Shown: piece by piece, positions 28,902 to 37,934 of the stretch
Position numbering within the stretch: position 1 is the first letter of the stretch
How the letters are laid out: each line of letters starts with the position of its first letter
Origin: Candidatus Brocadiia bacterium
Lineage (GTDB): Bacteria; Planctomycetota; B143-G9
Assembly: GCA_041648755.1 (NCBI GenBank)
Contig: JBAZOJ010000001.1
Location: 335 to 64,334 of the forward strand
Direction of reading: 5' to 3'
DNA: 64,000 nt
The notes under the pieces: generated by a model
The model's database searches: none
What the model was told of the DNA's origin: nothing
Seen by the model: only the letters and a program-made list of their open reading frames with translations
Program-made: the position numbers and the translations under genes

Positions 28902-29408
28902 CTACGCTTTCGCACCCAAGTACTTGCGAACGTGTTCTTCCTCGATTATTCCGGAGAGATGCAGGACATCGCGAATGGTCTCGAGTTGCACACCAGCGTC
29001 TTTGGCCATCTTCCGGGCGCGCGGTGTCGCCTGAATGCGAGAGGCATTCGACTCTTGTCGTTGTGCGCCAGCGGTTTGGGCTGCAGCAGACGGTACTCCT
29101 GAACCGGACTCAATATAGTTGCGTACAATCGAGGCGTTCTCCCGCTCAACAGCTACGATGTCAAGTTCTTCGTTCTCACTGGCGAGTACTGCCAGAACGA
29201 AGTTCACGGGAACCGTTGATCTGGTTGGAGCGAGAATGGCCCTGACTGTGCCTTTGCTCGTACATTCAAGCTCGAACTGCGCCTTCTCAGTGATGATCTC
29301 CACCAAGGGGGTGCTCGCTTCGACGGGAGAATTCTCCATCACGAGCCAGTTGCCCACAGTGCCTTCGACCATGTTCTCGCTGGCTCGCGGCATCCTCAGA
29401 AGTTCCAT
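28902..29408 (-). CDS. Stand-alone lipoyl-domain plus E3-binding (peripheral subunit-binding) domain protein (truncated E2-like, no catalytic domain)
   Basis: Internal ATG (M206 of track ORF 28902..30023) preceded by GGAGGcgcga. Lipoyl domain MVEGTVGNWLV...PLVEIITEKAQFELE with the lipoyl-lysine in TEKA. PSBD-like RARKMAKDAGVQLETI. Ends with KYLGAKA*. The 205 aa upstream in the same ORF are S/T/R-rich and look non-coding or antisense. Confidence 0.55.
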   Translation of the reverse strand: MELLRMPRASENMVEGTVGNWLVMENSPVEASTPLVEIITEKAQFELECTSKGTVRAILAPTRSTVPVNFVLAVLASENEELDIVAVERENASIVRNYIESGSGVPSAAAQTAGAQRQESNASRIQATPRARKMAKDAGVQLETIRDVLHLSGIIEEEHVRKYLGAKA

Positions 29409-29493
29409 TCGCGCCTCCAACAGGGATTTTACTCGATGGGTCGACCTCGGCAACCCAAAGCGAAAAACTTGCCCTTCCAGCCACAATCCTATA

Positions 29494-30066
29494 ATGACAC
29501 AGGCTGATTTCGCCAAGGAGCTTATGTTCATAGCGCCGCACGTTAGCGACATGATATTCGCCGCTTTCGGCAGCCCGCTGCATCCTGAGCTTTTCGGCGG
29601 GTTCTCGTTCGCCTCCTTCTCCGCGGGAGGACTGTCGGCGTACGTATATGTGGCACCCCTCCGCCATCTGATCGTTTTCACTGGTGGAGTGAGTGTGGTC
29701 AGCGAGGCCGTAGTACTTGATTCTGACCTCATAATCACCGACTCAATGCTGAAGAGCGTCAAATTCGGAGACATGTCCGAATTCACTTTCACATCCCGCA
29801 GAAAATCCGGGTACCGGGTACGCGCATCGATTGAGCGGCTTACTCCGGCAAAGTACTCATCCCGGCTGAAAGGAGACTCGATAAGTCCTGACGAGAAACG
29901 CATTGCCGCGGCATTCTCCGATCCGGAGACTGGCCAGCCATCCATGACTCTTCTCGCTGGTGCAGCCGTAAACGGTGAACTGGTAATTCGAACGAAGCAC
30001 TTCTTTGGACTCGACAACACCACACTTTCTCTGTGCTCAACCTACGGGAACCAGCATGCCGGGTGA
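29494..30066 (+). CDS. Hypothetical protein (low confidence; alternative to the N-terminal extension of the minus-strand lipoyl ORF)
   Basis: 190-aa ORF MTQADFAKELMFIAPHV... with strong TTC-over-TTT codon bias. Its stop overlaps the next gene's ATG by 11 nt (ATGCCGGGTGA), suggesting operon coupling. No SD; TATAAT lies immediately upstream, so possibly leaderless. Coding strand in 29409..30060 is ambiguous. Confidence 0.3.
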   Translation: MTQADFAKELMFIAPHVSDMIFAAFGSPLHPELFGGFSFASFSAGGLSAYVYVAPLRHLIVFTGGVSVVSEAVVLDSDLIITDSMLKSVKFGDMSEFTFTSRRKSGYRVRASIERLTPAKYSSRLKGDSISPDEKRIAAAFSDPETGQPSMTLLAGAAVNGELVIRTKHFFGLDNTTLSLCSTYGNQHAG

Positions 30067-31123
30067 ATCGTCGACACATCCCCAGAGTGATGAGCCCCGC
30101 ACTTCGGGCGAGCAGCCAAGAGTCTCCTGGATCGAACTGTCATTTGTGCTGATCATATTCGCAGGGGTTGGGTTCCTTCTCACCGTGCTCTTTCTCTATC
30201 CGCGCGATTGGGCCGCCGAAGACAAGCGCAAAGTGGAGTTGTGCCAGCAGAATCTGCGCTCTCTCTACGACGCACTCAGGGAGTATGCTTCCACCCGCAA
30301 CGGGATGAAGTTTCCTCCCGAAATGGACGATTTTCTGCACCATGGGAAGCTTGAGTGGCTGAGCCTGGGCGTATGTCCCGCTTGCTACAGGAGATTTTCC
30401 ATACAACTAATCCCCGGTTGGACGATGGCGGATGTGAACGACCATCCGAAAGACTTGCTATGCTACGACTACAACGAAGACGAACTTCGGTACATGAAAC
30501 TCGCGGATCCTGATCAGATCATCGACCCCGAGAAGAGCGATAAGGCCAGTAATACTATCGTCCGCCGCGGCCTCACCAAGGAGGAACAGTGGGCTGTGCT
30601 GACCGGTAAATTCTCAGAAGTGCCATCGGTGATTTTCGACAATCGGGATCAACTGCGCGAGGTCCGTGACAAGTACCTTCGCGAGCAAACAATGGCGCAT
30701 AACCACAAGGAAGGGAGAAACGTCCTTCTCCTTGACGGAACAGTGAAATGGGTTGACGAAGGCGAGTTCAGCAGGATGCGACTCGCTGTCCTGTACCGGG
30801 TTTTAGTCAAGCAGGCCAATGCAAACGATGGAGTCTTCCCTAAAGATGTCGCTTGGGCTGTCGTAAATGCTGTTACGGAACCCGATAAACCGGAAGAGCG
30901 TTGGCTGGTGCACAGCCTCGCAATTGACCCGGCAGATGACACGGAATTCGTCGGATACGAGATGCCTGCAAAGCGAATCAAGCTGTCAGATCCCCCCGAA
31001 ACCATGTTATGTTACAGTAAGAACCCCGTTCCGCTCATCGGACGGAACGTCCTTTTCCTCGACGGAAGAGTGAAGTTCCTGTCAGTCGCGGATTTCGCCA
31101 AGCTGATTGAGACGAGCAAGTAG
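30056..31123 (+). CDS. Membrane-anchored DUF1559-like (H-X9-DG) pseudopilin-related protein
   Basis: Start at MPGESS... (M18 of the track ORF). Degenerate prepilin-like N-terminal helix VSWIELSFVLIIFAGVGFLLTVLFLY. Two C-terminal DG motifs, the first a canonical H-X9-DG (HKEGRNVLLLDGTVKWV); also NVLFLDGRVKFLSV. This family is typical of Planctomycetes-Verrucomicrobia-Chlamydiae-group bacteria. Confidence 0.55.
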   Translation: MPGESSTHPQSDEPRTSGEQPRVSWIELSFVLIIFAGVGFLLTVLFLYPRDWAAEDKRKVELCQQNLRSLYDALREYASTRNGMKFPPEMDDFLHHGKLEWLSLGVCPACYRRFSIQLIPGWTMADVNDHPKDLLCYDYNEDELRYMKLADPDQIIDPEKSDKASNTIVRRGLTKEEQWAVLTGKFSEVPSVIFDNRDQLREVRDKYLREQTMAHNHKEGRNVLLLDGTVKWVDEGEFSRMRLAVLYRVLVKQANANDGVFPKDVAWAVVNAVTEPDKPEERWLVHSLAIDPADDTEFVGYEMPAKRIKLSDPPETMLCYSKNPVPLIGRNVLFLDGRVKFLSVADFAKLIETSK

Positions 31124-31149
31124 CCTTCGAACAGAACACGGAGGAAAGA

Positions 31150-32058
31150 ATGGTCAAGGTCCTGGTTTGCGATTCGATCGACAAGAGTTCAATTGCACGC
31201 CTTCAGGAACTCGGCTACGAAGTTACCGAGAAGACGGGCATGGCAGAAGCCGACCTCATCGCGACGATACCTGCCTATCATGCGATGATCGTCCGCAGCG
31301 CGACCAAGGTCACGGCAAAGGTTATCGACGCCGCCGCGAATCTTAAGGTCGTTCTTCGCGGAGGAGTTGGCATCGATAACATCGACAAGAAGGCGGCAGA
31401 CGCTAAGGGTATTAAGGTTCTAAATACCCCGGCGGCCTCCTCGCTGGCAGTTGCCGAGCTTACCGTTGGCTTGATGTTCTCCCTGGCTCGCCGCACGGCG
31501 AAAGCGGACGGCACCATGCAGGCTGGCAAGTGGGAAAAGAAGCGTTTTGAGGGTTCCGAACTCAACGGGAAGACGCTTGGCTTAGTCGGCTCTGGCAGGA
31601 TTGGCTCAGAGGTCGCCAGGCTCGCAAGCCTTATCGGCATGAACGTCATCGCTTACGACCCCTATATCAGCGAGTTCAGGTTCGGCAAGCTGGTGAAGAC
31701 CGTTGACGAGATACTTGCAGCATCAGACTACATCTCTCTGCACGTGCCACTCACTGACGAGACCCGGAACCTGATTAACGCAACGGCAATCGCCAAGATG
31801 AAGAAGACGGCTTTCGTGATCAACTGTGCGCGCGGCGGTGTAGTCGACGAAGTCGCATTCGCTGCTGCGACCAGGGAAGGGAAGGTCGGGGGAGGGGCTT
31901 TCGATGTCTACGGTCAGGAACCCCCTGTCAATTCTCCCCTTGTCGGCATCGAGGGAATAGTCCTTACGCCGCACATCGGCGCATCGACTTTTGAGGCACA
32001 ATCCCGCATCGGCGGCGAGATTGTGAAGCTTCTGGGCAAAGAACTTCCTGCCAGGTAA
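31150..32058 (+). CDS. serA: D-3-phosphoglycerate dehydrogenase (short form, no ACT domain)
   Basis: D-isomer 2-hydroxyacid dehydrogenase with NAD-binding GLVGSGRIGSEVA and catalytic R/E/H region. Immediately upstream of serC. GGAGGAAAGA RBS. Confidence 0.85.
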   Translation: MVKVLVCDSIDKSSIARLQELGYEVTEKTGMAEADLIATIPAYHAMIVRSATKVTAKVIDAAANLKVVLRGGVGIDNIDKKAADAKGIKVLNTPAASSLAVAELTVGLMFSLARRTAKADGTMQAGKWEKKRFEGSELNGKTLGLVGSGRIGSEVARLASLIGMNVIAYDPYISEFRFGKLVKTVDEILAASDYISLHVPLTDETRNLINATAIAKMKKTAFVINCARGGVVDEVAFAAATREGKVGGGAFDVYGQEPPVNSPLVGIEGIVLTPHIGASTFEAQSRIGGEIVKLLGKELPAR

Positions 32059-32072
32059 GAACAAAGGAGACA

Positions 32073-33152
32073 ATGATGAGAGCTTACAACTTTTTCGCTG
32101 GGCCTGCTGTCCTTCCAGTTGAGGTACTAAATGCAGCGGCTGCGGCGGTGCATGAGTTCAACGGGATGGGCGTTTCCATTCTGGAGGTCTCGCACCGTGA
32201 CAAAGCGTTCGAGGCAGTGCTGAACGAGGCAATTGCTGACCTGAAGTCTCTCGTGGGAATTCCTGATAATTACAAGGTCCTGTTTCTTACGGGAGGTGCA
32301 TCAACTCAGTTCGCAATGGTGCCAATGAACTTCCTGCCAAAGGACGGCTATGCCGACTACGTGGATACAGGGACATGGTCGTCAAAGGCCATCAAGGAAG
32401 CGAAGCTGTTTGGCAAGGTGAATGTAGTTGCCAGCAGCAAGGAAGCCACCTATAACCATATTCCAAAGGGCGTCAAATTTGCCCCCGGGGCTGCCTACGC
32501 TCATATTACCTCCAACAACACGATCTATGGCAGCGAGTGGCATTACTGGCCTGAGAGCGGTGACGTACCGTTGATCTGCGATATGTCCTCGGACATCATG
32601 GCAAGGAAAATTGACGCCAAGAAGTTCGCGATGATTTACGCTGGGGCCCAGAAGAACATGGGACCGGCTGGCGTGACGCTTACTATCATCCGCGAGGATC
32701 TGTTTGTCAGAACCCCCGCCAGCATACCAACCATGCTGAAGTACACCACTCACGTTGAAGAGAACAGTCTCTACAACACTCCGCCTGTCTACGCAATTCT
32801 CGTCGTTCGGGAAGTACTTCGCTGGCTGAAAGGCCTTGGCGGAGTTGAAGAGATCGAAAAGCGCAACCGCAGGAAAGCGGGGATGCTCTACGAGGTACTC
32901 GACAAGCACCCGATCTACAAGCCACACATCAAGGATCCGAACAGCAGGTCGCTCATGAATGTCACTTGGAGGTGCACTGATGAGCCAACAGAGGAAGCAC
33001 TGCTTGCCGAAGCCAAGAAGATGAAGATGCTCGGGCTAAAGGGGCACCGCAGTGTCGGTGGACTCCGCGCGTCCATCTACAACGCTTGTCCCGAGGAGTC
33101 AGTCAAGGTGCTCTGCGATCTTCTGGAGAAGTTCGCAGCCTCTCACAAATAG
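32073..33152 (+). CDS. serC: Phosphoserine aminotransferase
   Basis: FFAGPAVLP N-terminus, class-V aminotransferase, and PLP-lysine region (AGAQKNMGPAGVT). 359 aa. Confidence 0.9.
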   Translation: MMRAYNFFAGPAVLPVEVLNAAAAAVHEFNGMGVSILEVSHRDKAFEAVLNEAIADLKSLVGIPDNYKVLFLTGGASTQFAMVPMNFLPKDGYADYVDTGTWSSKAIKEAKLFGKVNVVASSKEATYNHIPKGVKFAPGAAYAHITSNNTIYGSEWHYWPESGDVPLICDMSSDIMARKIDAKKFAMIYAGAQKNMGPAGVTLTIIREDLFVRTPASIPTMLKYTTHVEENSLYNTPPVYAILVVREVLRWLKGLGGVEEIEKRNRRKAGMLYEVLDKHPIYKPHIKDPNSRSLMNVTWRCTDEPTEEALLAEAKKMKMLGLKGHRSVGGLRASIYNACPEESVKVLCDLLEKFAASHK

Positions 33153-33163
33153 TCACTTGAAAT

Positions 33164-33195
33164 CCGGGCCGGGCGAGGTCTTCGCCCGGCCCGAC
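33164..33195 (+). terminator. Rho-independent-like terminator hairpin after serC
   Basis: CCGGGCCGGGCGA-ggtc-TTCGCCCGGCCCG inverted repeat starting about 12 nt after the serC stop. The downstream tail is not strongly T-rich. Confidence 0.45.
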
Positions 33196-33291
33196 CTTTC
33201 TGGGGATCGAATTGTCCATGCTCTGACCGGCAACTTCTGGCCACAAGACAGAAAAAGTGAGACTTCCGCAGGCTTGGGAAGTCAAAGAAAA

Positions 33292-36200
33292 ATGAAGTTC
33301 TTCTCAGGGACAATAATGGCTGAAAAACGCAGATTTCTCCTTCTTGGTCTGTTTGCCTGCCTTCTTTCCTTCCTCTCCGTGGCGAATCGGGCTGCTGGGC
33401 TCGAATTTGCCCAGATTGGAGAGGCGACAGGAAGCGAGTATTTCCTGCTCTTCGATGTCTCCGAAGAGGTAACAGGCGAGGAAGTCGTCTTCTTCGACCT
33501 CCGTGATGGCGCGAACTATCGGGCGGTTCATTTCTGGAATGGCGGCGTTTTCATTGAGCAGATTGCGGACGCAACCAGAGCGACCTTGGCGAGTGGGGAT
33601 GTTCCTCCGACAAAAACCGGTGAATTGTTGCTGAAGCATCACGCGGATTACGTCGCTGTAGTCCTGAATGGGAAGATCCTCTGCAGCACGGATATTTCCA
33701 AGAGCGAAGGAAGGGGCTTCGGGCTCGGCTCCGACGGGAAGGGATTCCTGAGTTTCCGTCGTATTCAGCCGCTTGAGCAGATATACTTCTCCGATTCATT
33801 TATGCGAACTGACAACGCGGGAGAGTGGAACCTGGTCTCCGGCCACTGGGAGATATGCGGGCTATCGTTTGCTGATCGCTCGACCAATCCATTCTCTCTG
33901 TTTGCCCGCTTCAACGATTCCGACAAGCTGGAGTCGCTTTCCGCGGGGCGATTGCTCGAGGAGAAGACAGGTGTCGGGGTGAATATGACTCCGGATGGTC
34001 AGATCGTCAGAATTGCGGGTCAGGCTCCTGCTGCGCAAGCGGGTCTCCAGGAAGACGACATTATCCGAACCGTAAACGGAAAGCCCATCTATATGATGTG
34101 GCAACTGTTGGAGGACGCGACAGACGGAGAGCGTTTCGACTTGGTCGTAAACCGGGGAGGCGCTGAGTTCAAAGTTACAATTTATGCGCGCAAATACCGC
34201 TGGGGAGAAGTCGAAAAGCGCTATCCTCTGGATGGCTCAGAAGTCGCTCCCATGGCATTGCTCACTACAGGCTTTCCTTTCTGGGATGACTACACATTCA
34301 GGGCTTCGGTTCGTCCTGCAGGAGAGGGAATGGCAGGCATGGTCTTCTGCTGGAGAAGCCCGAGAGATTACATGGCTCTCAGATGGTGGGGTGACAACTC
34401 AAAACGCGGTTTGACCACCAATCAACTGGAGGTTGTAGAGATCCAGAACGGTGTTGAGAAATCGCTCTGGAGCCGGAAGGGCGGTTTCTTTGCAGACCAG
34501 TACTATGACATGAAAGTGCAGATCGAAAGAAACAAGGTCAGGATCTTCGTTGACCAGCAGATGTTGACCGAGATCGAGTCGGCGTATCTGTCTGCCGGGA
34601 AGATCGGGCTCGCGGCGGAAACTGGCTATGGGGTCTACTTCGACGATGTCGTTGTTGCCTCGTCGCAGTCCTTCAAGGACTACGTGCCAAAGCGTAAGGT
34701 AAACGAGATCTATCGCCAACAGGGAGACATGAGAGAGTGGTCCGACCCGGTTCTCGACTGGAAGAGCATTGTCATCAACAGGGAGATGGGCTACCGAAAC
34801 AACTACAGCTTCTTCGGCCCGACCGAAGTGACTGTGAATCCTGAACTGAAGTACTCGGAGCTCAAGGTGCTGGGTTTTGCCGATGAGATGTTTGACGGTG
34901 GCTGTATGATCAGAATCAATCGGACTGAGGGCAGGGGATCCGTCTCTGCGGGGGACTTCTCACGCGAGTATCCCAAGATCCCTTTGAGGCTGGACCTGCC
35001 ATACGCGATACGCTTCGAGAGAGACAGAGTCCGCGTGGTTCAGGGCGAAGAAACGTTGTTTTCGACGGGGCTTCCGAATCGGTTATCTGGGAACCGCTTT
35101 GCGGTCTATGGAGTGCGGAACATCTACGCGAGTGGGAAATCTCTGCTGAGCATCTCCGGTCTGGATAACGAGAAAGACTACACTTTTGAGCAGAGCCCGA
35201 CAGACTGGTTCGTCAACGATGGCAAATGGGGCGTGATGAACAAGTGGATCTGTGACCCTCGCTGGTCGTTCTTTGGCGGGGTGAACACCGAAGGTTCGGC
35301 ATCCATCACGAGCAAGTACGATCTCGAAGGAGATTTCACTGCTGACTGTTTTTTTGCGACGATGATGCTTGTCGACGATCCGCCCTATGAGATGATCGGC
35401 AACTACGCCATGACAGTGCTGGACAACGGAGAAGACCTGGATACGGGCTATTCGTTGATCATAGGCGGAGACATGAATGCCTGGACAGGCGTGGCGTACA
35501 AAGGGTCTGTTATCGAGAAGGTTACCCGCGGTGGACTCCTGCCTGTGAACAACAGGCTGCGGTTTATGCCGAACGAAGTAGTACATCAGCGATGGTTCCA
35601 CATGCAGGCTGTGAAAACCGGTAAAACGCTGAACCTGTTCTTCGAAGGGCAACTTGTCAAATCGATCCCCGATGTTTCCGACACGACCGGAAAGCGTGTT
35701 TCGCTCTGGGTGTATCGCAACGGATGGATGATTTCCAGAGTGCGGATAGCGGCGGAGAAATTCAAGGCATGCGAGCCGAAAATGAACTTCGAAGAACACC
35801 TTTCTGCTGGCGGATGGAGCGACGGCGAAGAACGCCGAGTCAGATTTGTCGGGTCACCCGATGACAACGGCAAGAAGCTGAATGTCAAGCTGCAGGAGAA
35901 TGGGAAATGGGTGCTTCACTCGGATCTGCAGGAGATCGATCTTGGTGCGACTCCGGAACTCAGGTTTTCCGCGAGACTTGACAACGGTCTAATGGGAGAC
36001 ATCTATTTCGACTATCAGGAAAAGTCATACCGGATACGGATTACCGGACCTTTGCCGGACGACCCCGGTATTCCATCAGTTGGCTCCCTCGAATGGCCCA
36101 ATGACGGGAAAATGCACACCATCGCGGTTCCTGTCGCGAGGATGTTGCGAAGTTACATGGGGAAGCAGACATTCGGGAGAATATCGAATCTGAGATTCGG

Positions 36201-37686
36201 ACAGCTTTGCGCCGAGGGATTCATTCTGACCGGGTTTGGCGGTAACAAGGCCGGTCTGACCTTCTCTCTTCTCCCTATGGAAGCAGTTCCAGTGGCGACA
36301 CAATCAATCGTGGCAGCAAAGGCGCTTCTCAAGGGCAAGGCGGAGATTCTCCTGGACCTCGCGGAAGGCTGCGCAACTCCCGATTTCTCCAAGATGACAG
36401 TCGAGCGAAATGGACGCGTCATTGCGGCGGGAGAAAGTGCTTACCTGTCGCCTGATGGCAAGTCATTGGTCATTCCGATAATGGATGTTCTTTCCCTTGA
36501 TGAGGGTAGCGAGTTCACCGCGAAGGTGGCAGGGCTCCGTACTCTTGACGGTGCGGAATTGCCCTCAGTTATTGTTGGGCCAGTCAAGTACTCTGTCAAG
36601 GATGACAAGAGCGCTCCGCAGATAGTGAGATGCTCGGTTGGGGCTGAACCCATAGTTCACCTGGATTTTGAGCTTCCTTTCGGACCGAAAGGAACTCCTG
36701 CACAGCGGGACAATCTGTTCGGCGGAGTACAGAGAGACTCTTCTTCGGCCTTCATGGGGCGTTTCTCCCTGAAGCTCTTCTCCGGAAGCATTGGCAGCCT
36801 GATGATGTATCGACTGTACGAGGGACCGATCAACATTCGCAAGTCGAGTATCATCGAGATGAGCTACCTGATGAAGGAGGATGTTCCACTCTCTCTGCTA
36901 CTCGGTGGGTCGGAATATTCCATCGGCTTCAATGACCCCTACAGCGGGCAGACGATGAGCTACAGCTTCGGGAAAGAGACATACTCATCTCGTGGCGAGG
37001 CCGGACGTTTTCAGAAGCCGATCATTGACGGGAAGTGGCATACCGCGTCGGCAATTATTGATCCATCCTCCTTGCGGGGGGATACGTTCAATGGGCTGAC
37101 GATCTGTGATCTCGGCTTTCGAGGCTGTTACATCAACGACTTCATCAATATCGACGAAGTGAAGATCACCTCATGGTCCGCGAAGCCTGAAAAAGAGCCG
37201 ACAATTGTTGTGTCTGAATGCGGCACAATTGCTGAGACGTTCTCAAGCATGAGCCTCGTCCCTGAAGAACCGTCGGGAGTGTGGCTACCCAGCGCTCCGA
37301 TTCCTGCAGGGACACAACTCTACTACAATGTCAAGGTGCGTGATTCTGCCGGCAACTGGTCAGAGACAAGACACTTCCGGTTCTACTGCGACTCCGAACC
37401 GCCGATGGTTCGAAGGTTGCGGAAGGCAGATAACGGAGCTTTCAGGATCACTTTCGGCGACGCTTCGCCTCTGGATGCTGGCAGCCTAAAGATCACAGTA
37501 GACGGGAAAGTGCTGACAGGCAAGCCATACGTGATCTGGGAATCCGGAAGCGTAGCATTGATATCGGTCGGCAACCTGCAGGGCAAGAAAGCCTACATGG
37601 AGATTCGAGATGCCTGGGGCAACCTGGGGCGTTTCAGGATAGAGAACTACAAGGCAACAGCACTTGACAAAGCGGAGGAACTATGA
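33292..37686 (+). CDS. Very large (about 1464 aa) secreted protein with a PDZ domain and LamG/DUF1080-like beta-sandwich domains
   Basis: Start MKFFSG (M81 of the track ORF) with GGAAG upstream and signal peptide LLLGLFACLLSFLSVANRAAG. PDZ segment (GVNMTPDGQIVRIAGQAPAAQAGLQEDDIIRTVNGKPI). LamG/concanavalin-like segment (MAGMVFCWRSPRDYMALRWWGDNS...VRIFVDQQM). Remainder unrecognised. Confidence 0.6.
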   Translation: MKFFSGTIMAEKRRFLLLGLFACLLSFLSVANRAAGLEFAQIGEATGSEYFLLFDVSEEVTGEEVVFFDLRDGANYRAVHFWNGGVFIEQIADATRATLASGDVPPTKTGELLLKHHADYVAVVLNGKILCSTDISKSEGRGFGLGSDGKGFLSFRRIQPLEQIYFSDSFMRTDNAGEWNLVSGHWEICGLSFADRSTNPFSLFARFNDSDKLESLSAGRLLEEKTGVGVNMTPDGQIVRIAGQAPAAQAGLQEDDIIRTVNGKPIYMMWQLLEDATDGERFDLVVNRGGAEFKVTIYARKYRWGEVEKRYPLDGSEVAPMALLTTGFPFWDDYTFRASVRPAGEGMAGMVFCWRSPRDYMALRWWGDNSKRGLTTNQLEVVEIQNGVEKSLWSRKGGFFADQYYDMKVQIERNKVRIFVDQQMLTEIESAYLSAGKIGLAAETGYGVYFDDVVVASSQSFKDYVPKRKVNEIYRQQGDMREWSDPVLDWKSIVINREMGYRNNYSFFGPTEVTVNPELKYSELKVLGFADEMFDGGCMIRINRTEGRGSVSAGDFSREYPKIPLRLDLPYAIRFERDRVRVVQGEETLFSTGLPNRLSGNRFAVYGVRNIYASGKSLLSISGLDNEKDYTFEQSPTDWFVNDGKWGVMNKWICDPRWSFFGGVNTEGSASITSKYDLEGDFTADCFFATMMLVDDPPYEMIGNYAMTVLDNGEDLDTGYSLIIGGDMNAWTGVAYKGSVIEKVTRGGLLPVNNRLRFMPNEVVHQRWFHMQAVKTGKTLNLFFEGQLVKSIPDVSDTTGKRVSLWVYRNGWMISRVRIAAEKFKACEPKMNFEEHLSAGGWSDGEERRVRFVGSPDDNGKKLNVKLQENGKWVLHSDLQEIDLGATPELRFSARLDNGLMGDIYFDYQEKSYRIRITGPLPDDPGIPSVGSLEWPNDGKMHTIAVPVARMLRSYMGKQTFGRISNLRFGQLCAEGFILTGFGGNKAGLTFSLLPMEAVPVATQSIVAAKALLKGKAEILLDLAEGCATPDFSKMTVERNGRVIAAGESAYLSPDGKSLVIPIMDVLSLDEGSEFTAKVAGLRTLDGAELPSVIVGPVKYSVKDDKSAPQIVRCSVGAEPIVHLDFELPFGPKGTPAQRDNLFGGVQRDSSSAFMGRFSLKLFSGSIGSLMMYRLYEGPINIRKSSIIEMSYLMKEDVPLSLLLGGSEYSIGFNDPYSGQTMSYSFGKETYSSRGEAGRFQKPIIDGKWHTASAIIDPSSLRGDTFNGLTICDLGFRGCYINDFINIDEVKITSWSAKPEKEPTIVVSECGTIAETFSSMSLVPEEPSGVWLPSAPIPAGTQLYYNVKVRDSAGNWSETRHFRFYCDSEPPMVRRLRKADNGAFRITFGDASPLDAGSLKITVDGKVLTGKPYVIWESGSVALISVGNLQGKKAYMEIRDAWGNLGRFRIENYKATALDKAEEL

Positions 37687-37934
37687 GCGAACGACTCGAG
37701 GACAGGATTAAGCGAATGATCGTCGAGAGGCTCTTCCTGACTGTCACCCCCGAGAGCATTGGCGACGGAGACAATCTAATGGAAGTGCTGGGGCTTGACT
37801 CAATCCGCCTGTTCGAGATTACAATTGGCCTCGAAAGCGAGTTCGATGTCGATTTGTCGAAGGAGGATTTCGATATCGCGAATTTTGCATCAGTGGACAA
37901 ACTGGCCCAAGTGGTCCGAAGACTCAAAGGCTGA
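37683..37934 (+). CDS. Acyl carrier protein-like (phosphopantetheine attachment site) small protein
   Basis: 83 aa. ATGA overlap with the preceding 1464-aa gene. ACP-like motif LGLDSIRLFEITIGLESEFDVDL with the conserved Ser in (D)S(I/L). Acidic four-helix-type composition. Confidence 0.6.
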   Translation: MSERLEDRIKRMIVERLFLTVTPESIGDGDNLMEVLGLDSIRLFEITIGLESEFDVDLSKEDFDIANFASVDKLAQVVRRLKG

